Below the pieces are notes generated by a model. It had not been told where the DNA came from and did not search any database. It was given only the letters and a program-made list of their open reading frames with translations. Positions 49,053 through 59,565 of a stretch of DNA of 64,000 bases are shown here, in pieces (position 1 is the stretch's first letter; the number at the start of each line of letters is the position of its first letter). The stretch spans positions 1 to 64,000 of the IMG/VR virus record IMGVR_UViG_3300006793_000018; one strand, written 5' to 3'. The position numbers and the translations under genes were made by a program. This stretch comes from a virus.

Positions 49053-52000
49053 ATGGCAGATGTATTTCCTCGTTCATTTTATCCAGCCAAATATCGGCTG
49101 ATGGGTAAAACAGCAGATGGTATGCCAAAATCGGGCATCATGTCAATGCACATCACTTACCCTGATACTGAATATGATCATGAAGACATAGAAGATTGGG
49201 AGTCGGGAGTAAATTCGACTGACTGGCGTCAAGGCGTGACGGTGTTGATCAGAACAAACTTGGCGGCGGCATCTTCATCAATAGCAGAAGCAAAAAATGT
49301 CATCGCAGTTGATCTCAAGCAACAACGCATTGATCACGCAAGCGCAGTTCATACTTACGATCTGGGAACAGAAGAAGCAACGCGTTTTATTGCTGCTAAA
49401 ATCAATTCTCGAAGAATCAAAATGGTTGGAGAGCGAGACAAGACATCGTACCTAAAAGCAAGATATGTCCGTCAATCGATGGATCAAAAATACAAGATTG
49501 AGAGCCTTACATACTTCAGTGGATCTTCGGTGATCGCTAAAATCAAAACATTGGGCAGCACAGGCTTCCCAACTGAAATGATTGGTCATTACCAATTAAG
49601 AATTGACGGCACAGGAGGAGGTTCAAAGTATCTCAACATAGGCACATATGATTTGAGTGCGATTCCAACTTTGCTTTACAGAAGTGGAAACTACTCATAC
49701 GTGACGTTCAGTTCCACCGGATACACATTTACTGGAAGCCCATCGGCTGGCGATTCATTGTCGAGCGTCGGTGTGTCTTTGACAACAGATGTTGGAGCAA
49801 CTCACACCGTTGTTTTAGCATGGCAGAAAATAACGCCTCATTCTTACTGGTCGGAAGCAAACTTAGGCCCAGTTGTCCAAGGAGTTGGATCGATTGGACT
49901 TCACAAATTTGTTGCAAAACCTATGGATGGGGGAAACATGGGCTTACCGGCAACAAACCACCACACGAAAAACGGTCGAGAGGCAGTTGCTTTCACAACT
50001 GGGAACGGGTACAATCGATTTAGCATTGAGGGGCTGAATTCGTGCAATATGCCGTCGATACCCCCTCCTGACTATCACATTACTTCGCCTCACATCGAAG
50101 GGATAACCTCTCTGCATCCAAATACGATCTCCGATATTGCTTCAAATCAATTGAGAATTGAGAGGCTGGAGGGGGGCGTGGAATTGCCTGTTGTTTCCAC
50201 AAGTCATAAAATCGCTCTTGAGAATGGATACGAGGGATCCTTCTCATCGGCTACGACAGCATCAATTTACAAGGATGGAGCAGATCCTCATTTGACTAAT
50301 TTTTCAATGGCGACCATCCACCAAACGCACGGGATCAAGGATTCAAATCAAGAAGCCTATGCGCGTCCCTTTAGGATGACTGGTACTACAAATGAGAATC
50401 GAGTGACTGGCCTTAACATCAGCAATGAAGAACGGGTTTTTGATGACATTGAGGTCTTGGATGGTCAAGGCAACAAATTGGTTTTGAAGGGAAAATCGCC
50501 ATGGGGGACGATTATTCGGGATTTCACATTCTCAAATGAACGAGAAAATCCATTAACAGGCTTAGTTGAGGTTGGCCCATCTTCGCCAGGGGGAAATCTA
50601 ACTCCGAATCTCAAGATTCAATTACCATCACAAGATGATATACCAGGCGGTATATTTGTTCGTTCTGGTCATGATCGAGTGCAAGCATGGTCAGACAAAA
50701 CATGGGGTATGGGCGGATTATCAGCCCCAAATCCGAGAAAAGCGGGAGTTGCTGAGAACAGCAATGAAACGTCCCAATTCGATACTCATGATCGAATGCT
50801 CATTTTTCATTGTCAGCGGATTCTTCATGACAAACTGGAACAGTACCATGGCCTAAACCTTCGCGCTGAGGACGGTGGTGCGAGAAGTGGGCAAACTCGT
50901 TTGTTTGCATCGCACAGAATCTCTGATCATGCAGAGAGAGGAAGTGTTCTCAAACAGACAAACAATGGTGTCGAAACTGGAAATTTGATACCTCATCACC
51001 GAATTAGATTTGCTCGATACGGACATTCATTCGTTTCTCCAACTCTTCATCGGGGTACTCCGATGAGCATGAGGCGTCAATTACATCGATCACATGGATC
51101 TGCTTATTCACTGATGTTTGAGGGAGAAACTGAATACAAACACCATGGGTTTGGCAGCGGAGACAACACAAATTCTGCAACTGTTTTTGAGTTGGATACG
51201 CTGGAAGCAAAAGTGAGTTCTTCTTATGCGACAGGATCGTTTGCAGGTGATGGGATACCATTGAGTGAGTTGAAAGGTATGAGATTGCCGGATGTTGACG
51301 GTTCATACACCTCTGTTAATCACCGCAATTGTTTGGATTATCTCTTCGCACCAGGTCAGGAACACACCAAGGCAGAGGGCATAAGCCAATCAGTTGAGTT
51401 CGCTCTTGCTTCTGCATCATTATCAGGATCAAAGTCTGCAACACGCTTGACTGTTCAGGGCGGAACACTGACCGAAAATAATCGATTTGGTACTGCGAAT
51501 GAGTTCATGATCAATGGATTTATGCTAAATCAGTATTTAGGCATGGGTGGGCGTTTAGAACCAATTCGCAAATTAAGCGCAGATAGCACAGGAAATTGGT
51601 TTGTTCGAGGTTTTGCAGAAGGGGTTATCCGTCCACGTGTAGCGACTGAATTGGCAACAGTTCCACCATTGTTCGCCCACGATCCAGAACTGTTGAACAT
51701 GAATGCTGCGCCGGTCAGCCTCAGCAACACTGTTCCAAGCACATCTTTCAATAAACCAAGTGACGCAGATCACGGTTTAATCAAAGACGCCGACACGTTC
51801 AGCGGAGCCAAACCAGATGCTTTCCTATGTAACTGGCTTGCAGAATATAGCCACCCTTCATTATTTGGCACAAGCAGAGAACATTTCTTGATGTTCCGAT
51901 ACCGTGAAGCAGGGATGCCTCGATCAAGAGATTACCCTGCTGTAAATGGTTTGTTCTTAAGAAATGCATCGCACCCAACAACAGATGCTCAACCATTGAA

Positions 52001-55000
52001 GAGTTCGGCTTTTGAACGCCTTTACATTGCTCAATGGCTACAAAATTGGGGATTCAATGGATTAAATGCAAGTGGTCATGGAAATATCGAAGGACTTCGA
52101 GGTGCAGGGGCTGTACGGATGGGTCATTCCACAATTCGTGAGGCAAGTGGGACTCTGCGACTAAGAAGTGAGAATTCAAACGGAAATCGATTTTCGAGAG
52201 GAGAAGGTATTGGAGATGGCATAGATCCCACTAAAGAAATCGGTGTTGTCATGGGCATTGACAAGGATACAGACAATGAAGACTTCAACAAGCAATTCTT
52301 CACGTTCCAACCTTGCGTTGCGATTGATGTTAGTCGCCGCTTGCCTGTGCGATCATGGGGCTTCCGAACCGGATCCGATGCCTTGAATATGCTTGCAGGA
52401 GATCCGAATGAGGCAGATGCAGGAAATTCCCAAGCGATGTTAAACAGTGGCAGGTTCGACGGAGGCATACATGACTCTGTTCAAGACCTTGCATCTCCGT
52501 TCTCAATTTCGGATGGAATTGATTGGGGGAATTACGGAACCACTTTAGGAATTGAACGATCTGTTCCTGTTGGTTTCGTAGCAAATGATTTCACAGTTGA
52601 GGCTATGAAGGACGAAAGAAACATTCGTCAAAGCAATGAATTGCTAAGTCCAAATGAAAAAATTGGTATTGGGAACAGAGTTGGCATCACGCAAAACGGT
52701 ATGCTTTCCCCTCATGTTATGGCATCAGGTGGATGGGATTACGAGTTGGATGATACACGCCCAACCGAACTGCCAATATCAGGAGCCAGTCTTTGGCTGA
52801 AAGCGGATGCCCTCGATCTTCAAGACGGAGATGCAATCACCTCTTGGATTGATTCATCTGGAAATGACATCGAATTTGTTCAAGCAACCGCTTCCGCACA
52901 ACCCACATTTGTCAAAAGCAATGCTAACTTCAACAATATGCCCGTAGTTGATTGTGATGGAAACGATAAATTGCTATCGGCGGCGGGGTATTTGGAGTCA
53001 TTGAATACTGCTCAATTTACTCTCTTTGCAGTAGCGTGTTCGGATACAGATGATAACTCATATCAAGGAATTATCTCTTCTCGACGCGCACCTGTCGGAT
53101 CTCCGAGTCGTCAAGGATTCAACCTTTACGCCAAGTGGTCAGGGACCGATCAATGGGGATTTTGGTGGGGTCAAAACACAGGATGGGGGCAACTTTACAC
53201 TTCTTCTGTTGAGAATCGAATGAATGTTGGAATACCTGATGTCGTTGCTTGCGTGATGAGTGGAGGAGATGGTGCAGGGGCTACTGCCGCTCAAACCCTT
53301 CGAGTCAATGGATGTCAAGAAGCAACAGCAACCAATGCCTTTTGGCGGATGACGGCGGGTCAAACCTCAATTGCGAATGTTCCAAGTCCCTATTTCCTTC
53401 AAGGACAAATCGCTGAGATCATCCTTTATCCAAGAGCATTAACCACAGATGAAATCAAAGAGGTTGAGTCCTACTTGTCACGAAAATATGACAAAAAATT
53501 CACGGCAACTGCTTCGCCTCACCCTGCTTTGTATTATGATCTTAACACAAAACCGTTGAACAAGGGGACGGATCCATGGATTGACTTGCAACAATGGACA
53601 GGATCTGCGTCCTATGATCAAACGCTGTCGCCAAGTGCTAAAATTGCTCAAACAACAGATTTCGTCACTGGATCTCAATTTTATCACCTTCGTGGAAATG
53701 CGTTACACACCAATATGAGGCCGATAACAAAGACGTTGGGTACATATTCGTATCCTCCAAACGGTCAAAGTCAAATTTCGGGTTCTTCATTGACAGTGAA
53801 CGAAGCCATGCCGCTGCTGACCTCAGAAATCTCCGATATAAGACAAATTCAATCGAGGGCAGAACCTCGTCTTGGTTTGGTCATGGAAGTTGAAAGTGAA
53901 AGAATAGAAAATAAGAAGGTCCAATACGGAGTGGTTGGAACAAGGTCTGTTTCTTTGCATTCCGATTTAATGCTTGGATACCACTTCCCTGTCTTGCCAT
54001 CGCACCAGATCAAATCTCAATTGCAGTTAGAAGGCTTCACAGTCGATGGTGCAGGAACTGCAACGGCTGAAAAAGACTTCACCACTAAGCCAACTTGGAG
54101 TCCCGATTCAAATGCTTCAAAAGGAGCAATAGTTCTAACTGGGGATTCTGTACGAATGGATCACAAGACACATGCTTTGGATGCATGGGCTGTCAGAGGT
54201 TCCGCCGATCTTCCAGCGTGGGGAGGAGTGTATATTTTGCGAAAAACATACATCTCACGCAATGGCGAAGACACTATGAAATCTCAAGTTGATTCAAACA
54301 CTGGAAAGGCTGTTGCTTCACATCCAGTTCGCAAATATGTTGACTATATTGTTCGACCAGTTCGACCACTGAAATTGTTTGCTTTTGCTTCCGATCTTTT
54401 ACAAGATGGTTTTGTTTTGGGTCCAAGAGCATCCCTATCAGGAACATACGATAAATACGGATCTCAAATTTTTACGAGAGACAAGAGGTATGGAATCTTT
54501 GAAATGAATGCGGATCGAGATTTGGGAGAGGTTGAACCAATCACTTCGGCAGAAGGTTCGTTTGAGATTTCGTACCCAGATTTCAATGAATTTGATGTTG
54601 TTTGGCATTTAATTCCAAGTGCTAATATGCTTCAATTTGCAAAATCCGACGCTCATCGAATATCAAACGATGAGATCATGCAACCATCCATAGAGCCACG
54701 GTATTCTCAGTCATCCCACGTTGGAGGAGGCGGCAAAATCAGCCAATCGGAAACGCTTTACGACACCTCAAAGGGCATAATGGGCGATCACGCCATACAT
54801 TCAAAGGATGGAGAAATCAGTCAATCACAAGATGCTCTCCGCTTGTATCCGAGGGTGAAGGTGATGACTAACAAAGGGGCTAATGTATATTCCTTGGATG
54901 ATGCGTCTGTTCTTCCAAAAGGGGGCGGCAAGATATTTGCGTTAAACCATTCGGGCGTTTTGACTTACTCATCCATAGAAGGCGATGACATCACGATCTC

Positions 55001-56579
55001 GTCAGGAACCTTGGCAGATCTAACTGGGGCAACTGTATCCGATTATGTTGGCATGACTTGGTATTACACAGATGTTTCGTCCTTAACTGAGGTGGGGACT
55101 CTCTTTGATGCAAGAAGTACGGTGAGGAAACAGGTGGTTGCACCTTCTTTCATCGACAATGCAGTTGTTGTATCAAAAATCCAAAGACACACATGGCCGT
55201 TTTACAATCGAGAGAAGAATACAGTGGAAAAAACAACGCTCTCATTCCAAGGATTACTGCATTACGAACCGTCCGATTTCGTCATGGCTCAACAAAATTC
55301 ATTCTCCTTAACCAACGGTAAGGATCGGGGCGTCATTCAATCAAAGGGTGAAACTCAAAGGATCAAACATGATGGACTAAATATCAATGAATCTCAATTC
55401 CCTCCGCATGTTATCGATGGCAACAGAAACAAGTGGACGGTTGCCAGTGTCAAAAACGATTTAGACACCGACTACATGTCCTTTAATGACCTAAGCGAAA
55501 AGAATTTGAAAGATTCTGGCATCGATATTTCCAACCTTCGAGGAGTTCAGTTAGGAAACATAGGTATGAGAAGCACCGATGCAGCAATGAGATTATTGAA
55601 TGACGCTGGAGGCGACTTTGCCGGTATTCGATTAGCAAAACCAGATCAGGTATCAGTTGGCAACAAAATCAACAAAAACACAGACTCTCATCCGATATTG
55701 AAAGAGCGAAATCAACACAGTGACATATTTGTATCGAGAGATGCAAGAGGTTTGAACACTATGGATGTGATCCGAAATCTCTCTCAAATCGATAATCGTC
55801 AAATAATCAATTACCGAGCAGGTCAACTTGTTTATTCCGACAAGGTGTTTGACGATACAGGTTTGAGTTTAGGTGTGGAAAATGGAGCCGAAGACATCAT
55901 CGTTAGTCGTTTGTTCGATTCACCAAACGAAATTGTGATCGTAGGGGATGTGATTTCTGGAAATGAGATTGTGTTTGTTCGTATTCAAGACAGTGAACGA
56001 ATTAGGGAATCTGCGGCTAACGGAGAAGAAGGTTTGGTCAAGACATTGCGTCAACAGATACCTGGTTTGAAGACAGTGAAGGAAGCAAGATCCATCGCAA
56101 AGGCTTTGCTCTCCCGTGTTGAAAATGGTGCGCCGATGATACGAATAAGAGGTTTAATGAATGCCACATCGGTTTCAGCAGGTGATCTTATTTCAGTGAA
56201 TCTTCCAACTCACGGAGTTGTCGGAAAGTTTGCTGTGTTTGAAGCAGAGCATACTCATTCCACTGGTAAAACAAATCTTGTGATTGCACAGTATGAGAAA
56301 GGTATCGAAGGAATACTCGCAGATCTTCGTACAGAATCTGTTGTGGTCAGTGGATTGAACAGTTCATCAGCAGATGAAAAAGACATCAAAAACATATCGA
56401 TGTCCACATCTATTCAAATCGTTGCAGTTCATCGACTATCTGTGAGGAACACAAATAATACAGGTTTTGTGATAGGTGCAAAACACAAAAACGGCCTTGG
56501 AAGCATAGGTGTTCGGGATAATAACAAAAGGGGTGTACCCCTCGGTTCAAGCAAGAGCCGTAAGTACGTGGTGAAATGA
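49053..56579 (+). CDS. Giant tail protein (2508 aa) with internal LamG domain and hub-like C-terminus
   Basis: SLWLKADAL...W.DSSGN..GQIAEIILYPRALTTDEIKEVESYLSRKY; C-terminal PNEIVIVG..GDLISVNLP. Confidence 0.75.
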   Translation: MADVFPRSFYPAKYRLMGKTADGMPKSGIMSMHITYPDTEYDHEDIEDWESGVNSTDWRQGVTVLIRTNLAAASSSIAEAKNVIAVDLKQQRIDHASAVHTYDLGTEEATRFIAAKINSRRIKMVGERDKTSYLKARYVRQSMDQKYKIESLTYFSGSSVIAKIKTLGSTGFPTEMIGHYQLRIDGTGGGSKYLNIGTYDLSAIPTLLYRSGNYSYVTFSSTGYTFTGSPSAGDSLSSVGVSLTTDVGATHTVVLAWQKITPHSYWSEANLGPVVQGVGSIGLHKFVAKPMDGGNMGLPATNHHTKNGREAVAFTTGNGYNRFSIEGLNSCNMPSIPPPDYHITSPHIEGITSLHPNTISDIASNQLRIERLEGGVELPVVSTSHKIALENGYEGSFSSATTASIYKDGADPHLTNFSMATIHQTHGIKDSNQEAYARPFRMTGTTNENRVTGLNISNEERVFDDIEVLDGQGNKLVLKGKSPWGTIIRDFTFSNERENPLTGLVEVGPSSPGGNLTPNLKIQLPSQDDIPGGIFVRSGHDRVQAWSDKTWGMGGLSAPNPRKAGVAENSNETSQFDTHDRMLIFHCQRILHDKLEQYHGLNLRAEDGGARSGQTRLFASHRISDHAERGSVLKQTNNGVETGNLIPHHRIRFARYGHSFVSPTLHRGTPMSMRRQLHRSHGSAYSLMFEGETEYKHHGFGSGDNTNSATVFELDTLEAKVSSSYATGSFAGDGIPLSELKGMRLPDVDGSYTSVNHRNCLDYLFAPGQEHTKAEGISQSVEFALASASLSGSKSATRLTVQGGTLTENNRFGTANEFMINGFMLNQYLGMGGRLEPIRKLSADSTGNWFVRGFAEGVIRPRVATELATVPPLFAHDPELLNMNAAPVSLSNTVPSTSFNKPSDADHGLIKDADTFSGAKPDAFLCNWLAEYSHPSLFGTSREHFLMFRYREAGMPRSRDYPAVNGLFLRNASHPTTDAQPLKSSAFERLYIAQWLQNWGFNGLNASGHGNIEGLRGAGAVRMGHSTIREASGTLRLRSENSNGNRFSRGEGIGDGIDPTKEIGVVMGIDKDTDNEDFNKQFFTFQPCVAIDVSRRLPVRSWGFRTGSDALNMLAGDPNEADAGNSQAMLNSGRFDGGIHDSVQDLASPFSISDGIDWGNYGTTLGIERSVPVGFVANDFTVEAMKDERNIRQSNELLSPNEKIGIGNRVGITQNGMLSPHVMASGGWDYELDDTRPTELPISGASLWLKADALDLQDGDAITSWIDSSGNDIEFVQATASAQPTFVKSNANFNNMPVVDCDGNDKLLSAAGYLESLNTAQFTLFAVACSDTDDNSYQGIISSRRAPVGSPSRQGFNLYAKWSGTDQWGFWWGQNTGWGQLYTSSVENRMNVGIPDVVACVMSGGDGAGATAAQTLRVNGCQEATATNAFWRMTAGQTSIANVPSPYFLQGQIAEIILYPRALTTDEIKEVESYLSRKYDKKFTATASPHPALYYDLNTKPLNKGTDPWIDLQQWTGSASYDQTLSPSAKIAQTTDFVTGSQFYHLRGNALHTNMRPITKTLGTYSYPPNGQSQISGSSLTVNEAMPLLTSEISDIRQIQSRAEPRLGLVMEVESERIENKKVQYGVVGTRSVSLHSDLMLGYHFPVLPSHQIKSQLQLEGFTVDGAGTATAEKDFTTKPTWSPDSNASKGAIVLTGDSVRMDHKTHALDAWAVRGSADLPAWGGVYILRKTYISRNGEDTMKSQVDSNTGKAVASHPVRKYVDYIVRPVRPLKLFAFASDLLQDGFVLGPRASLSGTYDKYGSQIFTRDKRYGIFEMNADRDLGEVEPITSAEGSFEISYPDFNEFDVVWHLIPSANMLQFAKSDAHRISNDEIMQPSIEPRYSQSSHVGGGGKISQSETLYDTSKGIMGDHAIHSKDGEISQSQDALRLYPRVKVMTNKGANVYSLDDASVLPKGGGKIFALNHSGVLTYSSIEGDDITISSGTLADLTGATVSDYVGMTWYYTDVSSLTEVGTLFDARSTVRKQVVAPSFIDNAVVVSKIQRHTWPFYNREKNTVEKTTLSFQGLLHYEPSDFVMAQQNSFSLTNGKDRGVIQSKGETQRIKHDGLNINESQFPPHVIDGNRNKWTVASVKNDLDTDYMSFNDLSEKNLKDSGIDISNLRGVQLGNIGMRSTDAAMRLLNDAGGDFAGIRLAKPDQVSVGNKINKNTDSHPILKERNQHSDIFVSRDARGLNTMDVIRNLSQIDNRQIINYRAGQLVYSDKVFDDTGLSLGVENGAEDIIVSRLFDSPNEIVIVGDVISGNEIVFVRIQDSERIRESAANGEEGLVKTLRQQIPGLKTVKEARSIAKALLSRVENGAPMIRIRGLMNATSVSAGDLISVNLPTHGVVGKFAVFEAEHTHSTGKTNLVIAQYEKGIEGILADLRTESVVVSGLNSSSADEKDIKNISMSTSIQIVAVHRLSVRNTNNTGFVIGAKHKNGLGSIGVRDNNKRGVPLGSSKSRKYVVK

Positions 56580-56580
56580 T

Positions 56581-56922
56581 ATGCCTGTTCTCGACCCCCT
56601 CAAAGCCGCTTTGACCGATCACCTTCAAACGCTGATCAAGAATTGCACATTGGGTTCGTCTGGATCCAAAGCATCAAGCAGAGACAGTGGGGCAGGAAAT
56701 ACTCAACTGAATAAAAATGTTGAGATTCAAAGAATCGATGATCGAACCATCTCAATCAATGCTTTTTTTGATTCTCAGCAAGCATCGGCTCAACCAATCC
56801 AAGAAGTTGTTTTGCACGGAACAAATGCCCTCGACGCACCTGCATTCCGAACGACGTTTGTCCCGATCCAAAAAAATACAACGAACGAGGTTCGGATTGA
56901 AATTTTGATGGAGGTTCGATAA
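56581..56922 (+). CDS. Small tail/baseplate protein
   Basis: IQEVVL..FRTTFVPIQK..EVRIE pattern of small baseplate/fibre-attachment proteins. Confidence 0.55.
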   Translation: MPVLDPLKAALTDHLQTLIKNCTLGSSGSKASSRDSGAGNTQLNKNVEIQRIDDRTISINAFFDSQQASAQPIQEVVLHGTNALDAPAFRTTFVPIQKNTTNEVRIEILMEVR

Positions 56923-57140
56923 TGACTGAAACATTTGAGATGGCATGGGAATTGATGAAAAGCGACGAGAAGGGCGACAACGCCCCAACCAACCCAGGTC
57001 TCTGGTCGCAAGCCAAATCAAAGGCTCGATCCAAGTTCAAGGTGTACCCTTCGGCCTACGCCAACGGTTGGGCTTCTAAGTGGTACAAGTCCAAAGGCGG
57101 CGGCTGGAAGAAAAAGTCAAAGGGAGGCAAAAAGAAATGA
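56922..57140 (+). CDS. Leader-bearing (MTETFEMAWELMK|S) basic protein with YPSAYA motif
   Basis: PTNPGLW..AK..A..KF.VYPSAYAN.W..K.YK..GGGW, a motif I recall as widespread in marine phages. Confidence 0.75.
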   Translation: MTETFEMAWELMKSDEKGDNAPTNPGLWSQAKSKARSKFKVYPSAYANGWASKWYKSKGGGWKKKSKGGKKK

Positions 57141-57346
57141 CTCACGAAGCACTTGAGAAAGCATGGGAATTGATGAAAGAACGATACACAGGAATGGATG
57201 GCAACCGAACACGTGAGAGGCGTGGCAAATGCTCCGAATGTGGTGCAAAACAGACTTGGGATCCATGTGGTCTTTTGGTACATAGCCCAAGACACTCTGA
57301 TCATGCCTATGCGTTTGAATGCCCCAATTTCCAATACACGGAATGA
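57137..57346 (+). CDS. Leader-bearing (MTHEALEKAWELMK) Zn-ribbon protein
   Basis: ATGA start 57137; CSECG...C...ECP. Confidence 0.7.
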   Translation: MTHEALEKAWELMKERYTGMDGNRTRERRGKCSECGAKQTWDPCGLLVHSPRHSDHAYAFECPNFQYTE

Positions 57347-57352
57347 TTCACC

Positions 57353-57973
57353 ATGATCAACGCCCCCATCTCGGATCTTATCGAAAAAGACTTGAGGCGT
57401 TGGTTCAAAGAAAAATGGGTTGACGTTTCTCGCAAGGATAAGGATGGCAAGCATCCTCCTTGTGGACGTGGCGAAGCAAAGACGGATAGTAAGGGCTATC
57501 CAAAATGTCGTCCTTCAAAGAAGGTTTCTTCCAAAACCCCTAAAACAACGAGGGGTATGAGCCAATCGGACAAGAAAGCGGCTACGCGCCGTAAGCGATC
57601 CAAACCCCAAGGAGTAGGAGGGAAACCAACCATGGTCAAAGCGTTTAGATGTGAGTGTGAAAGTTGCGATTTGCTGTCAAAAGCAATGATCTCAAAGGCA
57701 AAGAAAAATTCCAAGCCATTCCATGGCTACAACCCAAACCGACATAGCAGAAAGGGCGGTTTGAACGCAAAGGGACGGGCAAAGGCCAAGCGTGAAGAAG
57801 GCGCAAATCTCAAACCACCTGTCACCACCAAGCCAAGCAAACTCAAGGCTGGATCAAAGAAGGCTAAGAGGCGTAAGTCCTTTTGCGCCCGAATGAGTGG
57901 AGTCAAAGGTCCAACCAGTAAAGGTGGAAAAATGACTCCAAAGGGTGCGGCATTGAAACGGTGGAATTGTTGA
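57353..57973 (+). CDS. Two-module basic protein (LRRWFKEKWVD..CGR..YPKCRP; GGLNAKGR..RRKSFCARM..WNC)
   Basis: Both modules resemble small basic phage DUF families as recalled; each follows a hydrophobic-x-K motif. Confidence 0.75.
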   Translation: MINAPISDLIEKDLRRWFKEKWVDVSRKDKDGKHPPCGRGEAKTDSKGYPKCRPSKKVSSKTPKTTRGMSQSDKKAATRRKRSKPQGVGGKPTMVKAFRCECESCDLLSKAMISKAKKNSKPFHGYNPNRHSRKGGLNAKGRAKAKREEGANLKPPVTTKPSKLKAGSKKAKRRKSFCARMSGVKGPTSKGGKMTPKGAALKRWNC

Positions 57974-57974
57974 T

Positions 57975-59111
57975 ATGTCGAACACTAATTTGGCAGAAGG
58001 CCATGAAAAGACCGCATCGTCAACATATCAAAACGATGGACTCCGTGACACCGATGTTCTTGCCAGTCCATCTTTGACCAACTTTGTTGAGAACGGTTTA
58101 GGGAACGGGATTATCCCAATCACCCTAAACAGATACGATGAAAGCGACCGAAACAATCCGATCAGCGGAAATGGGTGTGTACGTCCAAACGGCACGTTAG
58201 GATCGACAAAGGAATTGTATGTGGACACTGGTGTTGCCCAACTTGACGGTATGTTTTATGACATTGGATCGGGATCGGTTTTAGACATCGGTGCTACAAC
58301 AAACTATCACTCTTCATACCATGGCGCAGCGATACCAAATGGAACAAACCCAGGGGATGAAGCAATACTCCTGGTTTATGTCGATCCTCGTCTTCCTAAC
58401 AATGTTGGATTCGTTTATGGATCATATGTCGATACTGCAACCGGCTTGTATCCAAGTTCTCCGAGTGCAGAGTTGGTGAGGCAGAACACCATATTGGCAT
58501 CTGTTCGAGTTGGCAAAGGAGCAAGCAATCCCGTGATACATGCAATTGAAGATAAGAGGTCATTCATTCGCCCAGGTCCCGTTCCATTGTCAGCCATGGA
58601 ACATAGCGATGGAAGTAAATCTGGGACGAGAAATGATTTCGTCGCTGGACTTAATGCAGCAAACCTTCCCATCCCCAACTTAGGCGTAATTTATGCCCGC
58701 GATCCTGATGGATTTGTTCAATATCCTCAAGGTGCTGGTCAAACGCATTTATTTTTCCAATCCGATGTATCGCTTGGACGGCCATTTGGAGGAGGCGGAG
58801 AATATCAAATCACGCCAATACATCGGACAAGTAAGACCCCTCTAATTGCTTATCCGCCAGGGCATCCACTTGATCTTAGGTGGGGAGTGGATCTTAAATT
58901 TGGGCCTTTGGTAAGTGAAGAAGACGGATTAACTTCGCTCGTTTGGGTTGATTGCTATGGAGCGGCAGGTGAATCGCTTGGAAGTTTGGCTGAAAACCTT
59001 CACTATAACGTTGGTTCGAGATTATCCCTGCCCGATCCTTTGTCATTGCCCCCCCCGTTAGATCAATCAACACAAGTCGTCATAACCTATGTTCACGCTT
59101 CCCACGTATGA
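57975..59111 (+). CDS. Putative virion structural protein (tail-associated)
   Basis: Beta-rich; ILASVRV...IEDKRSFI pattern of tail fibre base domains. Confidence 0.6.
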   Translation: MSNTNLAEGHEKTASSTYQNDGLRDTDVLASPSLTNFVENGLGNGIIPITLNRYDESDRNNPISGNGCVRPNGTLGSTKELYVDTGVAQLDGMFYDIGSGSVLDIGATTNYHSSYHGAAIPNGTNPGDEAILLVYVDPRLPNNVGFVYGSYVDTATGLYPSSPSAELVRQNTILASVRVGKGASNPVIHAIEDKRSFIRPGPVPLSAMEHSDGSKSGTRNDFVAGLNAANLPIPNLGVIYARDPDGFVQYPQGAGQTHLFFQSDVSLGRPFGGGGEYQITPIHRTSKTPLIAYPPGHPLDLRWGVDLKFGPLVSEEDGLTSLVWVDCYGAAGESLGSLAENLHYNVGSRLSLPDPLSLPPPLDQSTQVVITYVHASHV

Positions 59112-59120
59112 GGCGGTAAA

Positions 59121-59327
59121 ATGTCAAGAGCATATCGAGACAAGGTTAGCCAAACGTGCGAAAAATGCAACGCTGATGTTCTCGCTGTACGCATAAACGG
59201 TTTCTATGCGGGAAGTAGGGACAGAATGTTCTTGTGGGAATGCCCTTTGTGTGAGCATGTATGGAAGAAGCCTGTGCCGCTGATTCAACCTATCCCTTCG
59301 ATCAATGGGGGTTTATTGCATGACTGA
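59121..59327 (+). CDS. Zn-ribbon protein
   Basis: CEKC...WECPLCEH. Confidence 0.7.
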   Translation: MSRAYRDKVSQTCEKCNADVLAVRINGFYAGSRDRMFLWECPLCEHVWKKPVPLIQPIPSINGGLLHD

Positions 59328-59565
59328 GGCATTTGACCAAGCATGGGACTCCATCGTCAAAGGACGCTTTCGAGGATACACCCGTGCAAACATCGGAGAT
59401 CGTCCAGTACGAGCAGGAAAAGCCAAGGCATGGAGTCAAAGTCGAAAGGTCAAACGTGGCCGTACTGCAAGGCGGTACAAAAGAAACAAATCCAGAGGAA
59501 CTGTGCGACCTGCCATGCGTAGGCAGTTAGGCGCAGGTGGCAAAAGAGCCTCAACAAAGAGATGA
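59320..59565 (+). CDS. Leader-bearing (MTEAFDQAWDSIVK|G) Arg/Lys-rich protamine-like protein
   Basis: ATG 59320; after the leader the protein is almost devoid of acidic residues. Confidence 0.7.
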   Translation: MTEAFDQAWDSIVKGRFRGYTRANIGDRPVRAGKAKAWSQSRKVKRGRTARRYKRNKSRGTVRPAMRRQLGAGGKRASTKR

